Shown here in pieces: positions 60,217-64,000 of a stretch of 64,000 nt of DNA. Position 1 is the stretch's first letter. Each line of letters opens with the position of its first letter. Both the position numbers and the translations under genes were made by a program. This stretch comes from Bdellovibrionales bacterium (GTDB taxonomy: Bacteria > Bdellovibrionota > Bdellovibrionia > Bdellovibrionales > CAYMLA01). The stretch lies in NCBI GenBank assembly GCA_965217115.1, contig OZ244239.1, positions 1,472,001 through 1,536,000 on the forward strand. Direction: 5' to 3'. The notes beneath the pieces are model-generated. The model did not search any database and was not told where the DNA came from. It saw nothing but the letters and a program-made list of their open reading frames with translations.

Positions 60217-60935
60217 ATGATGGAGTTTTTTCGTCCTTTATACATAAAGGCAATGCCCATACTTAAGGAGCGGTATTGGGTGTCTTCAAATGCTTGTGTG
60301 GACTCCATAAGTCGAAGAAACTCTTCGCGACATGGGAAGAGGGCTGAAGACTTTTGCAAGTACTCATAGGCTGTTGGATTGCCTGTGACCCAACCTCCAA
60401 TTTTGGGCAAAACCTTTTCGGCATAGAAATTATAGGCAGGACCGATAATGGGCCAGTCGATGGAACCAAATTCAAGAATCATAACGAGTCCACCTGGCTT
60501 GGTTACGCGGGCAAGTTCAGAAAGGCCTCTGTGTCTATTTTCTACGTTACGAATACCAAAGGAAATGCTGGAGATATCAAATGAATTATCGTTATATGGC
60601 AATTGAGTGACATCAGCTTGTTTGAATTGAATATCCATGCCCTGGTTTCTGGCTTTTTCAGGAGCGGGGACCAGCATTTCAGCGCAAAAATCAGTGCCAA
60701 TAACAGCGCCAGACTGTCCAACGACTTTTTTAAAGGCGATGGCGAGATCTCCAGTTCCTGTAGCGCAGTCTAGGACGGAGTCTCCTTCCCGTGCGCCACT
60801 CCATTTAACCAATTGTGAGCGCCATAGGTGATGAACGCCCAGGGATAAAACGGAGTTGGCTCGATCATACTGTGAGGCAATGGAGCCAAACATTTGGCGA
60901 ATGGTCTCTGATTTAGGAGTATTTTGATTATTCAT
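60213..60935 (-). CDS. ubiE: Demethylmenaquinone methyltransferase (UbiE/MenG)
   Basis: MFGSIASQYD, LDCATGTGD, FGIRNV and AYEYL motifs. Confidence 0.93.
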   Translation of the reverse strand: MNNQNTPKSETIRQMFGSIASQYDRANSVLSLGVHHLWRSQLVKWSGAREGDSVLDCATGTGDLAIAFKKVVGQSGAVIGTDFCAEMLVPAPEKARNQGMDIQFKQADVTQLPYNDNSFDISSISFGIRNVENRHRGLSELARVTKPGGLVMILEFGSIDWPIIGPAYNFYAEKVLPKIGGWVTGNPTAYEYLQKSSALFPCREEFLRLMESTQAFEDTQYRSLSMGIAFMYKGRKNSII

Positions 60936-61729
60936 TATGGATTCCGAGCTAAAGTGTGATCAAGAGCCTGTAGGACTTTTTCAAGAGAGTTGATCATACC
61001 ATGAAAACAAGAGGGGGTTAGGGCTTGAAAGCCGTCAGAGAGAGCTTTTTCTGGTTCGTTATGAACTTCTACAATCAAACCATCTGCTCCTACCGCGGCA
61101 GAGGCAATGGCTAATTGGGGAATAAGTTCCCGTATTCCTACGGCATGGGATGGGTCCACGATAATAGGGTAGTGGGTATTGGCTTTGACGTAGGCCACGG
61201 CCCCTAGATCCAGAGTGTTACGGGTTTTATTATCAAAGGAGCGAATGCCTCGTTCACAGAGAATAACTTGGGATTTCCCTTCGTTTTCAATGTATTGGGC
61301 AGCCATCAGCCATTCATCAATCATGGCTGAAAAGCCTCGTTTGAGCATGACGGGCTTGCCCACTTTTCCCAACTCTTTGAGTAGAGAGTAATTGTACATA
61401 TTGCGTGATCCTACTTGAAAAATATCAACGAGAGGGGACATTTCGGAAATTTGCCTCGGGTCAGTGACTTCAGAGATAAAAGGCATTTGAGTTTCTTCCT
61501 TAACCTTTTTTATGATGGAAAAGGCTTCTTTCCCCAGTCCTTGAAAAGATTCGGGGTTGGTGCGCATTTTAAAAACACCACCACGCAGAATCGTGGCACC
61601 AGCATTTTTTACGGAGGAAGCAATGGATGAGAGTTGGGCATGGGACTCAACTGAGCATGGACCAGCCATAACGACAAAAGGCGAAGAACCTATCTCTAAG
61701 TTTTGAACTTTAACTGTTTGAGTTTTCAT
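60935..61729 (-). CDS. aroF: DAHP synthase type I-beta, catalytic barrel only
   Basis: [30 protein letters not shown] and VDPSH motifs. Confidence 0.88.
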   Translation of the reverse strand: MKTQTVKVQNLEIGSSPFVVMAGPCSVESHAQLSSIASSVKNAGATILRGGVFKMRTNPESFQGLGKEAFSIIKKVKEETQMPFISEVTDPRQISEMSPLVDIFQVGSRNMYNYSLLKELGKVGKPVMLKRGFSAMIDEWLMAAQYIENEGKSQVILCERGIRSFDNKTRNTLDLGAVAYVKANTHYPIIVDPSHAVGIRELIPQLAIASAAVGADGLIVEVHNEPEKALSDGFQALTPSCFHGMINSLEKVLQALDHTLARNP

Positions 61730-61848
61730 ATCAAGCCCTGATGTCCCTCATTGATACAGAGAAGAAATATCGCATGATTACCTTGTCTTTTTAAGCAAAA
61801 AAACGTTAAAAACAAAGAATTGAGGATATTGCCAAAAAGGACGCTGCG

Positions 61849-62970
61849 ATGCAGGACATTATGGACGTTTTTCTCCAACAAGGCGCTTTGTTGGCTGGCG
61901 AAGGAGATTCTCTATGGCTTGGTGTCGGTGATAGGGGTGAAGATTATAAAACAGCCGAAGGCAGTGCAGCTTTTTTTCTTGTGAAAGATTTTTTTGATCT
62001 TGAACACTCGCGAAAATTTTATCCACGGCAGGTTCTTGAGATAAAAAAAAGCGATTTTTTAAGGGAATTGAAGAAATACGGAAAAGAACAGGGTTGGACT
62101 TCCTCCTACGTGTTTTATGATGAAGCTACAAAATCTGATTTTCAAGAGCCTTTGAAAAAAGATTTTCAACGTGATTTTGATAAAATCCAACAAGCTATTG
62201 AACGTGGTGAATTAGAGAAAGCGGTTCCTGTTGTGTGGGAGAGGTTTTTTTATGATTTTGATGGGCATGGAGTTTGGAGACTGCTTGTCCGGTTACTTGA
62301 AAATTCCCATGAGAATTTGATTCCCTATGGGCATTGGCAATTGGTGAAAAAAAAGAGCGAAGGGATGCTAGGAGCAACTCCTGAAGTCTTGTTCCAATCT
62401 CAAGATGAAAAAACTTTTCAAACAATGGCTTTGGCGGGAACTCGATTGGATGATGAAGAGGAGGAGATTCCTTTTGAGCAAGACCCTAAGGAGTTAGAAG
62501 AACATAGATATGTGGTTTCCTTCTTAAAAGAACGGTTAAAAATGTTAGCAGAGAGAGTTGAAATAGGGCAGACGGGAGTATTACCTCTTTCGGGTTTACG
62601 GCATTTGTGCACTCCAATGGAATTTTCCTTCCTTGAAGAGAAGAGAGATGCATGGTCTTTGATTGAGTATTTAATAAATCATTTACATCCGACACCTGCT
62701 TTAGGTGTATCATCAAAAAAATGGGATTGGCAGTGGTTAAAAAAACTTTCACATCAACGGGAGCGAAGAGAGTTTGGAGCGCCTTTTGGTTTTTACGATG
62801 GTCGGGAAAAAATGAAAGTCGTTGTTAGTATTCGAAATATTATGTGGCAAGGAAGTCAGGGTGTGTTGGGTTCTGGGTGTGGAATAGTTAAAGGCAGTCA
62901 GATGAATAAGGAGTGGAGTGAACTTTTTGGTAAGAGGCGGTCTGTTAAAAGGCTTTTTAGTATAATATGA
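61849..62970 (+). CDS. menF: Isochorismate synthase (chorismate-binding enzyme)
   Basis: EKAVP, GATPE, ALAGT, KELEEH, LHPTPALG, VSIRN and GCGIV motifs; upstream of menD. Confidence 0.85.
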   Translation: MQDIMDVFLQQGALLAGEGDSLWLGVGDRGEDYKTAEGSAAFFLVKDFFDLEHSRKFYPRQVLEIKKSDFLRELKKYGKEQGWTSSYVFYDEATKSDFQEPLKKDFQRDFDKIQQAIERGELEKAVPVVWERFFYDFDGHGVWRLLVRLLENSHENLIPYGHWQLVKKKSEGMLGATPEVLFQSQDEKTFQTMALAGTRLDDEEEEIPFEQDPKELEEHRYVVSFLKERLKMLAERVEIGQTGVLPLSGLRHLCTPMEFSFLEEKRDAWSLIEYLINHLHPTPALGVSSKKWDWQWLKKLSHQRERREFGAPFGFYDGREKMKVVVSIRNIMWQGSQGVLGSGCGIVKGSQMNKEWSELFGKRRSVKRLFSII

Positions 62971-64000
62971 AGCAGAGAGGGTTTTCACGGAAATTAATAG
63001 AGTGTCTTTACTCACAAGGAGTGAGGAGTTTTGTTTTATGTGCAGGGGGAAGAAACAGTCCTCTAGTGATGGAGTTAGCTCATTTTTCTTCTCATTTTCT
63101 TTCTAAAAAAGAAGATAGCATAGCGATCTATCATTTTTTCAATGAAAATAGTGCGGCTTTTTTTGCTCTTGGCCAGATAAAAAAAGAGGGAAAACCTGTT
63201 GCAGTGGTGATCACTTCGGGAACGGCGGTGGCCGAAACACTGCCTGCAGTGGTTGAAGCCCATTACACAAATCTGCCTTTAGTCATAGTGTCGGCAGACC
63301 GTCCTGTTTCTTATCGTGGATCGGGGGCTCCACAGTCGATAGAGCAGGTTGGGCTATTTTCTGATTATGTACAAAATTGTTTTGAGTTAGAGGGATATTT
63401 ACAAGATGAGCAGCTTAAAGAACAGTTAAAAAAGCTACAGGAAATTCACATAGGAGATCGCCCTATTCATATTAATGTTGGATTTGATGAACCATTGAAT
63501 GAAACATCAGATGAGCAGTTGGGCAGTGAAGAGGTTAACGAAAATGTAGAGACTGTAAGTCTGGAGTTATTAGCAAAGAAAGAGTTGGAAGATATTACGT
63601 CGCTAAAGGCGGAAAAGAACAGAGAGATATTAACGACATTTTTGAAAGAAAATTTAAAGCCTATTGTTATTGTGGGAGAATTGAATTCACAGGAACGTCA
63701 ATGGGTGATGTTGTTTTTGAAAAATTTGCGAGCACCTATTTTTGCGGAGAGTTTATCAGGAATTGATATACAAAAAGGAAAGGGAGGCGTTGAGAAGTTT
63801 TTTTTGCATTCAGGAGATGCCTTTGTACAGGAAAAATTGTTTCAGGGAGAGTTTGATTCTGTTTTACGTATAGGCGGTGTCCCCTTATTAAGGGCGTGGA
63901 GAGATTTGGAAAAAAAATTGAAAAATGTCCCTGTGCTATCCATTAGTTCTCGGCCCTTTTCTGGATTATCAGAGAAAAGAAATTTGCTAAAACTTGGAAA
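62967..64000 (+). CDS. menD: SEPHCHC synthase MenD (5' part; runs off the window end)
   Basis: Manually translated from ATG 62967: LCAGGRNSPL...ENSAAFFALG...VITSGTAVAE...SADRP...GAPQSIEQ...IHINVGFDEPL. Confidence 0.92.
   Translation, partial: MKQRGFSRKLIECLYSQGVRSFVLCAGGRNSPLVMELAHFSSHFLSKKEDSIAIYHFFNENSAAFFALGQIKKEGKPVAVVITSGTAVAETLPAVVEAHYTNLPLVIVSADRPVSYRGSGAPQSIEQVGLFSDYVQNCFELEGYLQDEQLKEQLKKLQEIHIGDRPIHINVGFDEPLNETSDEQLGSEEVNENVETVSLELLAKKELEDITSLKAEKNREILTTFLKENLKPIVIVGELNSQERQWVMLFLKNLRAPIFAESLSGIDIQKGKGGVEKFFLHSGDAFVQEKLFQGEFDSVLRIGGVPLLRAWRDLEKKLKNVPVLSISSRPFSGLSEKRNLLKLG

Overview
This is a gene-dense, AT-rich bacterial chromosome segment. Gene content suggests a Bdellovibrionota or related deltaproteobacterial lineage (inference). 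It is mostly core genome: phoD (partial), glpD, mreB, lpoB, glnB-glnA, trmL, secA, an A2-type caa3 oxidase operon, glnE, tolQRAB, rrf2-sufBCDS-nfu, ftsEX-envC-ctpA, and a menaquinone cluster (ubiE/menG, DAHP synthase, menF, partial menD). I found no tRNA, rRNA, CRISPR array, integrase or transposase. The one accessory region (about 35.4-38.9 kb) lies between a TadG-like gene and a cyclophilin. It is an integrase-less islet bounded by a 17/18-bp direct repeat and carries mrr plus an orphan secreted-protein gene. It is interleaved with an unnamed composite repeat family: a 148-bp long hairpin preceded by 96-bp tandem units derived from its left arm. A local reversal of strand skew covers the region and extends into the flanking core genes. 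Other notable observations: a GcvH-like protein lacking the lipoyl lysine in the glnB-glnA operon; a GDPD-fold protein lacking its catalytic residues; a sufS whose conserved N-terminus has no in-frame start (a -1 shift in an A-run would supply one); a degenerate ECF sigma/zinc-less anti-sigma pair behind mreB; and a candidate sigma54-driven sRNA next to a phaR-like gene.
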